A stretch of DNA of 41,353 bases from a virus. The stretch lies in UHGV virus genome UHGV-0007119. One strand, 5' to 3'. The notes under the pieces were generated by a model. That model saw nothing but the letters and a program-made list of their open reading frames with translations, had not been told where the DNA came from and made no database searches. Positions 30,111-38,750 of this stretch are shown here, piece by piece (the first letter of the stretch is position 1; each line of letters begins with the position of its first letter). A program made the position numbers and the translations under genes.

Positions 30111-30258
30111 GTTTTACTCCTGCTTTGGCTAGTCTGTAAACACCAACAAGGCGCTCTGCGAACGCCCTGTTATTTGCTGCGGCTACCACTAATCCCTCAG
30201 GTGAATCAGGGTGTCGAATCTCTTCTTTTTCCTGGTATTTCTTACGACGTTTTGTCAT
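30097..30258 (-). CDS. Small basic hypothetical protein between cII and the O-like gene
   Basis: 53 aa (MTKRRKKYQEKEEIRHPDSPEG…), below the ORF-track threshold; ATG 5 nt after AGGAG. Confidence 0.4.
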   Translation of the reverse strand: MTKRRKKYQEKEEIRHPDSPEGLVVAAANNRAFAERLVGVYRLAKAGVKHGRR

Positions 30259-30292
30259 AATTACTCCTGTGGATTGATCCAGTCTTTCTACA

Positions 30293-30571
30293 TCAGGCCT
30301 CGAAGAATTCGCCGTTCTTCGGGGCTTTTTCTTTTGTCAGCATTCTGGCTACTTTCTTAGCCAGTTCCGCCAACTCCTCGTCTTCAACACCCCATTCAAG
30401 AACAGCCAGAAGCATTCCCATTTTTGGGATGAAGCTGTCTTTCCATCGCGAAATTTGCGATTCATTAATCCCTAACGCGTCGGCAACCTTTCGCTGACCA
30501 CGTACAGCAATTCGATTCAGGATGTTGCTTGTAATTGCATTCGCTTTCTTGCGAGTACTTGTAAGTTGCAT
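30293..30571 (-). CDS. cII: CII-like transcriptional activator
   Basis: From internal Met MQLTSTRKKANAI…; core …SQISRWK…IPK…MLLAVLEWGV… matches the lambda CII family; RBS AAGGA. Confidence 0.85.
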   Translation of the reverse strand: MQLTSTRKKANAITSNILNRIAVRGQRKVADALGINESQISRWKDSFIPKMGMLLAVLEWGVEDEELAELAKKVARMLTKEKAPKNGEFFEA

Positions 30572-30650
30572 ATGTAAGTATTTCCTTAGATAACAATTGA
30601 TTGAATGTATGCAAATAAATGCATACACCATAGGTGTGGTTTAATTTGAT

Positions 30651-30682
30651 GCCCTTTTTCAGGGCTGGAATGTGTAAGAGCG
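30651..30682 (-). promoter_or_regulatory. nutR (boxA + boxB) N-utilisation site
   Basis: Minus strand CGCTCTTACACATTCCA (boxA) directly followed by GCCCTGAAAAAGGGC (boxB), as in remembered lambda nutR. Confidence 0.85.
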
Positions 30683-30690
30683 GGAATGTC

Positions 30691-30906
30691 TTAAGCGGCT
30701 TTGTGTTCCGGAGGGAACACGTCATCAAGACTGACTTTTGCGCCTAACTTGTTTAGGCATGCAACAAGAGCGCGGCATGTTTTAAGGTCTGGGAAGCGAC
30801 GACCAGATTCCCAATGCCCAATAGCTCCCTGTGTGCATCCAACCGCCTTAGCAAGTGTTGTTTGAGAGATATTCAGTGACTCTCGATATTTTCGTAGGTT
30901 GCTCAT
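30691..30906 (-). CDS. cro: Cro-like repressor (HTH)
   Basis: 71 aa from internal Met MSNLRKYRESLNISQTTLAKAVGCTQGAIGHWESGRR…; GGAGGG RBS; divergent from the repressor gene. Confidence 0.8.
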   Translation of the reverse strand: MSNLRKYRESLNISQTTLAKAVGCTQGAIGHWESGRRFPDLKTCRALVACLNKLGAKVSLDDVFPPEHKAA

Positions 30907-31017
30907 ATGCCCTCCATAGTAACCATGAAACAATAATACGATATGTACTTTTAGAATGCAAACAAAAAATACATCTTGTGCATGGATGGTTTTAGTACAG
31001 AGCGTAATAATAAGGGT
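30907..31017. promoter_or_regulatory. OR region: pR (minus strand), pRM and candidate operators
   Basis: pR on minus strand: TTGCAT (30961-30956), 17-bp spacer, TATTAT (30938-30933). Candidate operators AATACGATATGTACT (30936-30950) and AATACATCTTGTGCA (30968-30982). Confidence 0.7.
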
Positions 31018-31677
31018 ATGAAAATGAAATGGTATGAACTGGCTAGATCCAGAATGAAAGAGCTCGGCATAACTCAAGAGAAGTTAGCTGAAGAGCTTGG
31101 TATGACGCAGGGTGGAATTGGTCACTGGTTGCGCGGATCTCGTCATCCATCTCTTGACGAGATTGGTGTGGTGTTTAAATACCTTGGTATTGATAACGTC
31201 TCATTCAACCACGACGGTACATTTTCACCTGTTGGCGAATACTCATCTGCCCCCGTTAAAAAACAATATGAGTACCCTGTTTTTTCTCATGTTCAGGCCG
31301 GGATGTTCTCGCCTGAGCTTAGAACCTTTACCAAAGGTGATGCGGAGAGATGGGTCAGCACAACCAAAAAAGCCAGTGATTGTGCGTTTTGGCTTGAAGT
31401 TGAAGGTAATTCCATGACCGCTCCAACAGGATCCAAGCCAAGCTTTCCTGACGGGATGTTAATTCTCGTTGACCCTGAGCAGGCTGTTGAGCCAGGTGAT
31501 TTCTGCATAGCCAGACTTGGTGGTGACGAGTTTACCTTCAAGAAACTGATCAGGGATAGCGGTCAGGTGTTCCTACAGCCACTAAACCCGCAATATCCAA
31601 TGATTCCATGCAATGATAGCTGTTCCGTAGTAGGGAAAGTTATCGCCAGCCAGTGGCCTGAAGAGACATTTAGTTAA
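31018..31677 (+). CDS. cI: CI-type prophage repressor (HTH plus S24 autopeptidase domain)
   Basis: C-terminal ~135 aa (…[37 protein letters not shown]…) near-identical to remembered lambda CI; N-terminal HTH domain differs. Start 31018 or 31024. Confidence 0.9.
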   Translation: MKMKWYELARSRMKELGITQEKLAEELGMTQGGIGHWLRGSRHPSLDEIGVVFKYLGIDNVSFNHDGTFSPVGEYSSAPVKKQYEYPVFSHVQAGMFSPELRTFTKGDAERWVSTTKKASDCAFWLEVEGNSMTAPTGSKPSFPDGMLILVDPEQAVEPGDFCIARLGGDEFTFKKLIRDSGQVFLQPLNPQYPMIPCNDSCSVVGKVIASQWPEETFS

Positions 31678-31707
31678 CAGCCTCGCCACTCTAAAACACA
31701 CAACAAT

Positions 31708-31738
31708 AACCCGACCTTAGCGTCGGGTTTCTTTTTCC
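31708..31738 (+). terminator. Intrinsic terminator downstream of the repressor gene
   Basis: Stem CCCGAC/GTCGGG followed by TTTCTTTTTCC. Confidence 0.55.
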
Positions 31739-31755
31739 AAAATATAAACCCATTA

Positions 31756-31830
31756 AATACAAAGCGTTATAAAAAACTAATTATATTTAGAACATTTTGT
31801 ATTGACTCGATAAAGTACAAATCGTACTAT
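31756..31830 (+). promoter_or_regulatory. pL promoter with candidate OL operators
   Basis: TTGACT (31802-31807), 17-bp spacer, TACTAT (31825-31830); palindromic AGTACAAATCGTACT (31814-31828) overlaps spacer/-10; second site AATACAAAGCGTTAT (31756-31770). Confidence 0.65.
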
Positions 31831-31869
31831 TTAGCCATCAGCAGGACGCACTGACCACCATGAAGGTGA

Positions 31870-31900
31870 TGCTCTTAAAAATTAAGCCCTGAAGAAGGGC
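31870..31900 (+). promoter_or_regulatory. nutL (boxA + boxB)
   Basis: TGCTCTTAAAAATTAA followed by GCCCTGAAGAAGGGC, matching remembered lambda nutL. Confidence 0.85.
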
Positions 31901-32072
31901 AGCATTCAAAGCAGAAGGCTTTGGGGTGTGGTGAAGGGTTCATGGATGGGAATATGTCGCACGTAAAGCGGCGAGGCCTGCGGAACTATTGCCGAATTGA
32001 AGTCGGCCGAAGCAGGTCGAAATGGGTCTCCCACCTACCACACCACCAAAGCTAACTGACAGGAGAATCCAG

Positions 32073-32399
32073 ATGGATGCACAAACACGCCGCCGCGAAC
32101 GTCGCGCAGAGAAACAGGCTCAATGGAAAGCAGCAAATCCCCTGTTGGTTGGGGTAAGCGCAAAACCAGTTAACCGCCCTATTCTCTCGCTGAATCGCAA
32201 ACCGAAATCACGAGTAGAAAGCGCACTGAATCCGATAGACCTTACGGCGCTGGCTGAATACCACGAACAGATTGAAAGCAACCTGCAACGTATTGAGCGC
32301 AAGAATCAGCGCACATGGTACAGCAAGCCACGCAGTGAAATGGGCGTGACTTGTGTTGGTCGCCAGAAAATGAAATTAGGCAGCAAACCACTTATTTGA
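32073..32399 (+). CDS. N: Antitermination protein N (lambda type)
   Basis: Start MDAQTRRRERRAEKQAQWKAANPLLVGVSAKPVNRPILSLNRKPKSR… after AGGAG; near-identical to remembered lambda N. Confidence 0.9.
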   Translation: MDAQTRRRERRAEKQAQWKAANPLLVGVSAKPVNRPILSLNRKPKSRVESALNPIDLTALAEYHEQIESNLQRIERKNQRTWYSKPRSEMGVTCVGRQKMKLGSKPLI

Positions 32400-32407
32400 G
32401 GTGAGAT

Positions 32408-32878
32408 ATGACAAAATCATGGAGCGTACCTTTTCCTGAATCAGAAACTGAACATGATGGAATGCCTGTTTTCTGGAGATTCCAGGCGACAGTTGAAGAA
32501 GATGGAATCAAAATATTCGCACTTCAATATATAGCTTTTCATCAGACAGAGCATTATGCATGGTTGGTTCCTGCGCATTGGATTGTTGATTTTAAACCAG
32601 CACCAAATCAGTGGTTACAGGAATGGAAACAAAAGAGAAATAGATATGCAATTAAGAAAGTAGCAAAAAATGCAGAAAGATCTTTTGCATTCCCAACGAA
32701 GAAACTTGCCATTGAAAGTTTATTGCGCCGGAAGAAATACCATTTAATGAGAATCAAACAAGATTTGGCTGTTGTATCAACTCTTGTTGATGGGATGAAG
32801 AATATTGATACATCAACACCAGATATTGAATATAACTTTGGACACAACCAAGAAACAGAAAATTGGGTATTTTATTAG
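32408..32878 (+). CDS. Hypothetical 156-aa protein (AT-rich moron immediately downstream of N)
   Basis: ATG after GAGGTGAG; no recognisable motif or transmembrane segment; much lower GC than flanks; followed by a hairpin and an intrinsic terminator. Confidence 0.65.
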   Translation: MTKSWSVPFPESETEHDGMPVFWRFQATVEEDGIKIFALQYIAFHQTEHYAWLVPAHWIVDFKPAPNQWLQEWKQKRNRYAIKKVAKNAERSFAFPTKKLAIESLLRRKKYHLMRIKQDLAVVSTLVDGMKNIDTSTPDIEYNFGHNQETENWVFY

Positions 32879-32982
32879 TACAAATAAGCACTGTGTATTC
32901 ATTCCAACGAGTGAATACACGGAGCAATGTCGCTCGTAACTAAACAGGAGCCGACTTGTTCTGATTATTGGAAATCTTCTTT

Positions 32983-33009
32983 GCCCTCCAGTGTGAGGGC
33001 CTTTTTATA
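32983..33009 (+). terminator. Intrinsic terminator after the N-proximal moron
   Basis: Stem GCCCTC/GAGGGC with 6-nt loop followed by CTTTTTAT. Confidence 0.6.
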
Positions 33010-33072
33010 TGCATACCAATAACGCTTCACTAGAGGCGTTTTCGTTATGCAATCAAACAGAAGGAGCATCCT

Positions 33073-33243
33073 ATGCAACAGTTCGCTATTGCAGGGGCGG
33101 CATCGGTTCGCCCTTTCAACCCGATTTTATCGGTACAGCATTCACGAAAAAACATTTTAACCGGAGCAGACTTTAAACAACCAAGAATGAAAAGCTTGCT
33201 CGAAAAGCTTTGGGATATTTTGAAACAACAAGGCCGTCCATGA
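33073..33243 (+). CDS. cIII: CIII-like protein (candidate FtsH-inhibitor peptide)
   Basis: 56 aa MQQFAIAGAASVRPF…KSLLEKLWDILKQQGRP; below the ORF-track threshold; AGGAG RBS; resembles lambda CIII core (…SLLERI…RLIDILNQPG…). Confidence 0.6.
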   Translation: MQQFAIAGAASVRPFNPILSVQHSRKNILTGADFKQPRMKSLLEKLWDILKQQGRP

Positions 33244-33324
33244 GTTTTACAGACAACTGGTCAGACGAAGAATTCATTCGTCAGATGAACAAAATGCTCA
33301 ATCAGCACAAAGAACAGGAGAAAG

Positions 33325-33636
33325 ATGATGATTCTGACTCTGAATGATAAGCGTGAAATATCGCAAATAATCGCAAGTTTTACTGATGAAGATTACGAGC
33401 GAATCAACAGTGAAGTTGATCGCCTCTGCAAACGTTGCGACCCAATAAGCGAAATGCTTCGCTCATATAAACCAGATGAACACACTAAGGACGCTATCGA
33501 CTGGCTGGAAGATGATGACTGTAACTATCAGGAAAAAGCCGCTGAATGGTTCTGGGATGCAATAACCGAAAGAGTTAAGGCTGAATATGCCTTCGCAATA
33601 TTCAAACGCAGACACATTTTTGGAGAAGCAGCATGA
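33325..33636 (+). CDS. Hypothetical acidic protein upstream of recT
   Basis: 103 aa; ATG after AGGAG; ATGA overlap with recT start; a 36-aa alternative ORF (33240-33350) overlaps its 5' end. Confidence 0.5.
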   Translation: MMILTLNDKREISQIIASFTDEDYERINSEVDRLCKRCDPISEMLRSYKPDEHTKDAIDWLEDDDCNYQEKAAEWFWDAITERVKAEYAFAIFKRRHIFGEAA

Positions 33637-34544
33637 GCAATATCGTTGAATTCGTTAAACAGCAGGAGCAGTTATTCTGCGGAGCATTGACTGAACAGAC
33701 GGTGACATGGGCTAAGGAAAGCCAGTTTGCAATTCAGTATTTCCAGAAAAACGATTACCTGGCTAAAACAGCACTGGCAAACCCAACCAGCGCACAGAAC
33801 GCCATCATCAATGTTGCGGCGATCGGTATCACCTTAAACCCGGCTAGCAAACTGGCTTATCTGGTTCCGCGCGACGGCATGGTGTGCCTTGATATCAGTT
33901 ATATGGGATTGCTCCATATTGCAATGGAGTCTGGTGTTATCTCATGGGGTCAGGCAAAACTTGTTCATGCTAACGATACCTATGAGTCAAACGGGCTTGA
34001 TAAAGCACCAACCCATAAATACAACGCCTTCGGTGATCGTGGTGATATCGTTGGCGTTTACTGCACAGTTAAGACGCCAGCAGGTGATTATCTAACGGAA
34101 GAGATGAGTCTGGCTGAAATTGAGGCTGTAAGGAAAACAAGCAAGGCGGCATTCAGCGATAAAGGACCATGGGTAAATCACTGGAATGAGATGGCGCGAA
34201 AGACGGTCGTAAAGCGTGCAAGCAAGTATTGGCCTAAGGCATCACGTCTTGATAGTGCTATTCACGTACTAAACGAAGAAGAAGGTGTGTGGACTGAACC
34301 AGTTATGCCGCACAAATCAGAGGAAGATATCCGCGAAGATGAACGGAAACGCCAGCAGGAAATAATGGAAAAAGCACAACTTCTTTGTGATGAAATGGCT
34401 CAGGCTGAAAAAATGGATGATTTGAAGAGATATTTTGCAGAAGCATATCGCCTGACATCTGGAATGAAATTGCAGCAGAACATACAAGCCATTTACATAG
34501 AATGCAAAGCGAAACTGGAGGTTGCCAGTGAGCAAACTGTATGA
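33633..34544 (+). CDS. recT: RecT-family single-strand annealing protein
   Basis: 303 aa; …DKGPWVNHWNEMARKTVVKRASKYWP… parallels E. coli RecT …NNGPWVTHWEEMAKKTAIRRLFKYLP…. Confidence 0.85.
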   Translation: MSNIVEFVKQQEQLFCGALTEQTVTWAKESQFAIQYFQKNDYLAKTALANPTSAQNAIINVAAIGITLNPASKLAYLVPRDGMVCLDISYMGLLHIAMESGVISWGQAKLVHANDTYESNGLDKAPTHKYNAFGDRGDIVGVYCTVKTPAGDYLTEEMSLAEIEAVRKTSKAAFSDKGPWVNHWNEMARKTVVKRASKYWPKASRLDSAIHVLNEEEGVWTEPVMPHKSEEDIREDERKRQQEIMEKAQLLCDEMAQAEKMDDLKRYFAEAYRLTSGMKLQQNIQAIYIECKAKLEVASEQTV

Positions 34545-35010
34545 AATAGCCAATGAATACGCAAAATTGATGGATTCAGATTTAGAACCAGAGATGATTG
34601 CTGACACAATAGAAGGCATGGAAGGAGAATTTACCGATAAAATAGAGCAACTTCTTTCCGTCATTAAAAATGAATCTGGTTATGCTGAACGCCTCAAGGA
34701 AGAGGCAAAGTCACTTAATGAGCGAGCCGCAGTAATCCAAAATAAGATTGACAGCATCAAATCATATATAGCGTCATCGCTTGAAATGGTTGGCAAGAAA
34801 AATATTCGAGCAGGTATTCACCAGGTAACAATCCGCAAACCGTCAGAAATTGTAGAAATAATCGACTCAAGCGCCCTTCCTCCTGAATACGTTGAGTTTG
34901 AAACGACAATTAAAGCCGACAAACTGGCAATCAAACACCAACTAAAAGCAGGAATAAATATCCCCGGCGCTCAACTCAAAGTTGGGAAACCTTCACTTCT
35001 TATCAAATAA
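34528..35010 (+). CDS. Siphovirus Gp157-like protein (recombination-module partner, recalled)
   Basis: GTG start 6 nt after GGAGG; about 160 aa, coiled-coil-rich; family assignment from memory. Confidence 0.5.
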   Translation: MSKLYEIANEYAKLMDSDLEPEMIADTIEGMEGEFTDKIEQLLSVIKNESGYAERLKEEAKSLNERAAVIQNKIDSIKSYIASSLEMVGKKNIRAGIHQVTIRKPSEIVEIIDSSALPPEYVEFETTIKADKLAIKHQLKAGINIPGAQLKVGKPSLLIK

Positions 35011-35021
35011 CGGTATCGCCT

Positions 35022-35336
35022 ATGAAAAAGACTCCATGGGAGAAATGGGAAGTCGATTTCTTGCGCGAGGTAGCGGCGACAATGCCAGTTGAAGTTATCG
35101 CAGAAAAACTGGAAAGGACTGAAAAAGCAGTAATGGCGAAAGCAACAAGGATTGGCGCTGACATTGTTAGCCGACTTCGTGGAAGACGCTGGACAAGAGC
35201 CGAAGTATCACTTTTCGGTAAGTTCTCCGCAGAAGAAATAGCAATTGCAACCTGCCGCTCAATTTATTCAGTAAGAGCTATGCGATACAAGCTAAAAAAA
35301 CTCGATGAAGAAAGAGCAGGCATACGAATAAATTAA
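35022..35336 (+). CDS. Hypothetical protein with two HTH-like repeats
   Basis: 104 aa; two similar segments (…VEVIAEKLERTEKAVMAKATRIG… and …SAEEIAIATCRSIYSVRAMRYKL…). Confidence 0.5.
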   Translation: MKKTPWEKWEVDFLREVAATMPVEVIAEKLERTEKAVMAKATRIGADIVSRLRGRRWTRAEVSLFGKFSAEEIAIATCRSIYSVRAMRYKLKKLDEERAGIRIN

Positions 35337-35352
35337 CATGGAATAATTAACA

Positions 35353-35634
35353 ATGAAGCTAAACATCGACCTCGGAAAATACGTTATTACCGGAACCAAA
35401 CACGACCTGATTCTTAGCGAAAGAGGAATTATCAAAGAAGGCGAGAATGCAGGGAAAGAAACACTAAGTCGTATCGGTTATTACAGCAAGTTTGAGCATC
35501 TGGTTAAAGAGTTATGCAACCGTGAAATCCTGTTATCTCAGGCGCAGACGCTACAGGATATTCAGCAGCATATCGAGACTTTAGGTGTATCACTTAGCAT
35601 GGCTGTTGACCAGTTCATGGAGAGTAAATCATGA
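35353..35634 (+). CDS. Hypothetical protein
   Basis: 93 aa ORF in the early-left operon. Confidence 0.5.
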   Translation: MKLNIDLGKYVITGTKHDLILSERGIIKEGENAGKETLSRIGYYSKFEHLVKELCNREILLSQAQTLQDIQQHIETLGVSLSMAVDQFMESKS

Positions 35635-35773
35635 GAGGACTTGCATACAATCCCGGCATTCTTCCGGCAGAAATGATTATTCGCCAACGCGTAAAGCCAA
35701 TGCCATCGAGAGAGGAATTGCTTAAAAGAAATTCTTTTCCATCAGTAAATCAAAACAAATATCTGAATGCGAT

Positions 35774-36619
35774 GTGGCGGAGTGGGAAAAGATGAAACAA
35801 ATGTCACTAATTGAGATGGATGGTTTTCTGAAAGGTAAATGCATCCCAAATGATTTAAAGGTTAACGAAACAAACGCTGAATATCTTGTCCGTAAGTTCG
35901 GTGAACTTGAATCAAAACTGGAAACGGCGTTGCGGGAGTGTCGTTCTGCTGGAATCACGATTGATAACCTTGAGGCTAAATGCGCGAAGATGGCTGCTGA
36001 AAATACATCGCTTAAGCAATCTGAGAAGGAATGCGGATACTTTATTGACTGGCCTGGCGTCTGTCATAGGCGGGAGAGCATCAGAACCTACGCAGTGAAT
36101 TGCAATGACGCATGGCTAAACACCGAAGGTGATGACATCTCCGGCTCATACGTTAAGTACAAAGACCATCAGGAAGTGGTTGCCGCTCTTGAGGCCAAGT
36201 GCGCGGCGATGGCAGCGGAGAATGAGCTGGCTCGTAAAGCTGTTCAGGCATTCTGTGAGGTTGTTGGCGACAACACCGAGGTTATCGCTGAGGTGGTTGG
36301 GCGATATGGCGTTCTGGTTATTTTGAAGGCCATGAAGGCAACAGTAAATATGCCAGCCACCGATGCTTTCCTGGCTGAAATTCGTGCGGAAGCACGCAAC
36401 GAGGGGATTAACTATACCGCAAGCCGTCTTGCTGCTGCTTTCAATCACGGATTTATCAATAAGTCTTTACGTGAAGTTTTCGACGTTACACGCATGATTC
36501 TGTCAGCGAAAGAAGAGTTGGCTAATGAACCGCACCCGATTGATGGTCTTTCCGGTGAATATGCGGAGAAATCCCTAGAAGAATGGGCGGAACAGATTCG
36601 CAAAGGAGGCTGCCAGTGA
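35774..36619 (+). CDS. Hypothetical protein with internal repeat
   Basis: 281 aa, GTG start; two related segments (…[17 protein letters not shown]… and …[17 protein letters not shown]…); GTGA overlap with the next gene. Confidence 0.55.
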   Translation: MAEWEKMKQMSLIEMDGFLKGKCIPNDLKVNETNAEYLVRKFGELESKLETALRECRSAGITIDNLEAKCAKMAAENTSLKQSEKECGYFIDWPGVCHRRESIRTYAVNCNDAWLNTEGDDISGSYVKYKDHQEVVAALEAKCAAMAAENELARKAVQAFCEVVGDNTEVIAEVVGRYGVLVILKAMKATVNMPATDAFLAEIRAEARNEGINYTASRLAAAFNHGFINKSLREVFDVTRMILSAKEELANEPHPIDGLSGEYAEKSLEEWAEQIRKGGCQ

Positions 36620-37314
36620 GCAAGATTGACTATCAGGCACTGCGCGAGGCGGCAGTGAAAGCAACGTGGGGAGACTGGGACTCATATAAACCACACCGTG
36701 GCGCACGTGGTTATGAGGTCCGACTAAGTAGTCAGGCCATTGCGCAACACGTTCTGAAAAACAACGCTGAATTTATTGCTGCCTTTAATCCCAAGGTTGC
36801 TTTGGCACTACTGGATGAGATCAACGCATTAGAGGAAACGCGTATCAACGATGTTTGCCGTATTGTGGAACTAACAAAACAACTGGAGTCGGCAAAATCA
36901 AAACTCAACGAGCAGCGCGAGCATTACGAGGGAGTAATCGCGGATGGAGGTAAGCGCATAGCAGAACTGGAAAAACAATGCGCTGAATCGGAGCGAAAAG
37001 CATTAAGCAACTTTGAAGAGTGTGCTGCGATGGCTGAACGTATCGAAGAGTTGGAGCAGGCCAACACAAGACAGGACGCCAATATAAACCACCAGCAGGA
37101 GGGCGTGACTCAATCAGTCACCCGATACATATATCACTACAACGCAGTGAATGGTTCTGACTCTATGTCTGGAATTGCGCGGTTAACTTTCATGATCAAA
37201 TCACAATCTGACCTTGACGCACTTAAAAGCGCACTTAGCAAGGTTGGTGGTTTCCGTGCAAAAGCAATTACATCTCTTTCATATCTTGGGTGTGAGGAAG
37301 ATAGCAAACGATGA
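36616..37314 (+). CDS. Ead/Ea22-like protein
   Basis: GTG start after AGGAGG; N-terminus [26 protein letters not shown]… typical of the Ead/Ea22 family, then a coiled-coil region. Confidence 0.7.
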   Translation: MSKIDYQALREAAVKATWGDWDSYKPHRGARGYEVRLSSQAIAQHVLKNNAEFIAAFNPKVALALLDEINALEETRINDVCRIVELTKQLESAKSKLNEQREHYEGVIADGGKRIAELEKQCAESERKALSNFEECAAMAERIEELEQANTRQDANINHQQEGVTQSVTRYIYHYNAVNGSDSMSGIARLTFMIKSQSDLDALKSALSKVGGFRAKAITSLSYLGCEEDSKR

Positions 37315-37844
37315 AAGAAGGATTTAAAGATAATTCAGGTGCAGCGCAAAACACTGGAGAAATCATTGAGGCATTTAATGGGGAGGAAATGCCCACTTTA
37401 TTCAGAAAAGAATATCCGCGAAAAAGTAGAGCGACAGAATTTTTGTTTCTCATTCTGTTTATCGTGTTGCTGATACCAATAGCCTCAATATTAGTGACTG
37501 TTCTAATGGGGAAAGTATTTGAACCGTTAGTTGAACTGTATATCGATATAGTGTGGACCCCATTCAGGAAGCTACACAATAAAATTAACCCACATAAGGA
37601 AACAAATATGGCAACTTTGAAAAAAGAAGATCGTTTTACCAAAAAACAAATCGCCGAGGCAAAAATCCTCGATAACAACGGAACCTACTTCATCAACGGT
37701 TCCATTCTTCCAGTTTATATCAATGAGGATGGAGACACTTACCTTATTGAAGAGTACGAAAAAGGCGAGCCGAGCGAACACCTCATTAAAGATTTGTTCG
37801 CGGATGGCGTTATTGTTGCTGTTAATCCGATTGGCTACAACTAA
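37311..37844 (+). CDS. Membrane-anchored hypothetical protein (AT-rich)
   Basis: 177 aa; ATGA overlap with upstream stop; one hydrophobic helix (FLFLILFIVLLIPIASILVTVLMG); possible internal start at MATLKKEDRF after AAGGAAAC. Confidence 0.5.
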   Translation: MKEGFKDNSGAAQNTGEIIEAFNGEEMPTLFRKEYPRKSRATEFLFLILFIVLLIPIASILVTVLMGKVFEPLVELYIDIVWTPFRKLHNKINPHKETNMATLKKEDRFTKKQIAEAKILDNNGTYFINGSILPVYINEDGDTYLIEEYEKGEPSEHLIKDLFADGVIVAVNPIGYN

Positions 37845-37854
37845 AGCATAAATT

Positions 37855-38367
37855 ATGACCAGTATTACCAGAGAACAGGCCAAGAAAATTATTGAAGCTG
37901 CCGATGAGGTTATTAGTGCGCTTGCCGGAACTAACGAGGATGTTCACCCTGGTAGCGATAACATGCTACGTCTGTGGGATGACCTGAATGACCGTTACGC
38001 GCCGCCGGAAGTTGTGCGTGAGCTGGCGCGTATCGTGCTGGCATCGCTGGAAGCGGAGCCTGTAGCGTGGCGATATCGCTACGTGAAAAAAGGCGTTACG
38101 GACTCTCAGGGGGAGCCGTGGGTTGGTGACTGGAAATATGTACCGACAAAAGAGGATTGCAACGACAGGCCGAGCTATGAGATTCAGGCCTTATTCACTG
38201 CCCCGCCAGTCCCGGTGACATCAGAAGGACTGGTTAAAGCCGTGCGTTTCTATGAACAGGTAAAGCGTGAGAATCCGCCAGTCGAAACCGGAGCATGGAA
38301 AGACGCTGTTGACTGGGTGCTCAAAGAGGCTTGCCAGGCTGTAAACATTGGTACCAAAGGAGATTGA
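37855..38367 (+). CDS. Hypothetical protein (paralogous family, member 1)
   Basis: 170 aa, MTSITREQAKKIIEAADEV…; shares N-terminal pattern and …ASLEAEPV… motif with the next gene. Confidence 0.5.
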   Translation: MTSITREQAKKIIEAADEVISALAGTNEDVHPGSDNMLRLWDDLNDRYAPPEVVRELARIVLASLEAEPVAWRYRYVKKGVTDSQGEPWVGDWKYVPTKEDCNDRPSYEIQALFTAPPVPVTSEGLVKAVRFYEQVKRENPPVETGAWKDAVDWVLKEACQAVNIGTKGD

Positions 38368-38368
38368 T

Positions 38369-38749
38369 ATGACCACTTTTACCGACAAAGAACTGATTAA
38401 AGAAATCAAAGAGCGCATAGGCAGCTTGGACGTTCGAGACAATATTGAGCGCCGTGCTTATGAAATTGCGCTGGCATCGCTGGAAGCAGATCCAGTTAAA
38501 CGAGTTAACTCAGATCAGATGCGCCGAGTCTGCTTAGAAGCTAATCGCCATTTAGATAAATATGACGCGATGGCGAAAGAGGTAAATAAGTTGCTTGGAC
38601 GCATCGCCCCGCCAGCGCCGGTAGTGCCGGAAGAAATCAGTACGACCCACACAATGCTGCCCGCCATGAGTGATCAGTTGATGGCGTTCGGTTATGTGAA
38701 GGGGTGGAATGCCTGCCGTGCCGCTATGCTTCAGGGAAAAGGAGTGTGA
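38369..38749 (+). CDS. Hypothetical protein (paralogous family, member 2)
   Basis: Start MTTFTDKELIKEIKER… after AAGGAG; …YEIALASLEADPV… motif. Confidence 0.5.
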   Translation: MTTFTDKELIKEIKERIGSLDVRDNIERRAYEIALASLEADPVKRVNSDQMRRVCLEANRHLDKYDAMAKEVNKLLGRIAPPAPVVPEEISTTHTMLPAMSDQLMAFGYVKGWNACRAAMLQGKGV

Positions 38750-38750
38750 T

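Noticed and set aside
30607-30628. Palindrome TGTATGCA-N6-TGCATACA downstream of nutR as a tR1 intrinsic terminator
   Set aside because: No U-run follows on the transcribed (minus) strand; lambda tR1 is Rho-dependent, so the hairpin alone is not evidence of termination.
33240-33350. 36-aa ORF (MSFTDNWSDEEFIRQMNKMLNQHK…) overlapping the cIII stop, possible kil-like peptide
   Set aside because: Overlaps the better-supported 103-aa ORF in another frame and has no clear RBS; kept only as a low-probability alternative.
35631-35795. 54-aa ORF between the 93-aa and 281-aa genes
   Set aside because: No convincing RBS and overlaps the start of the 281-aa gene; cannot be supported from sequence alone.
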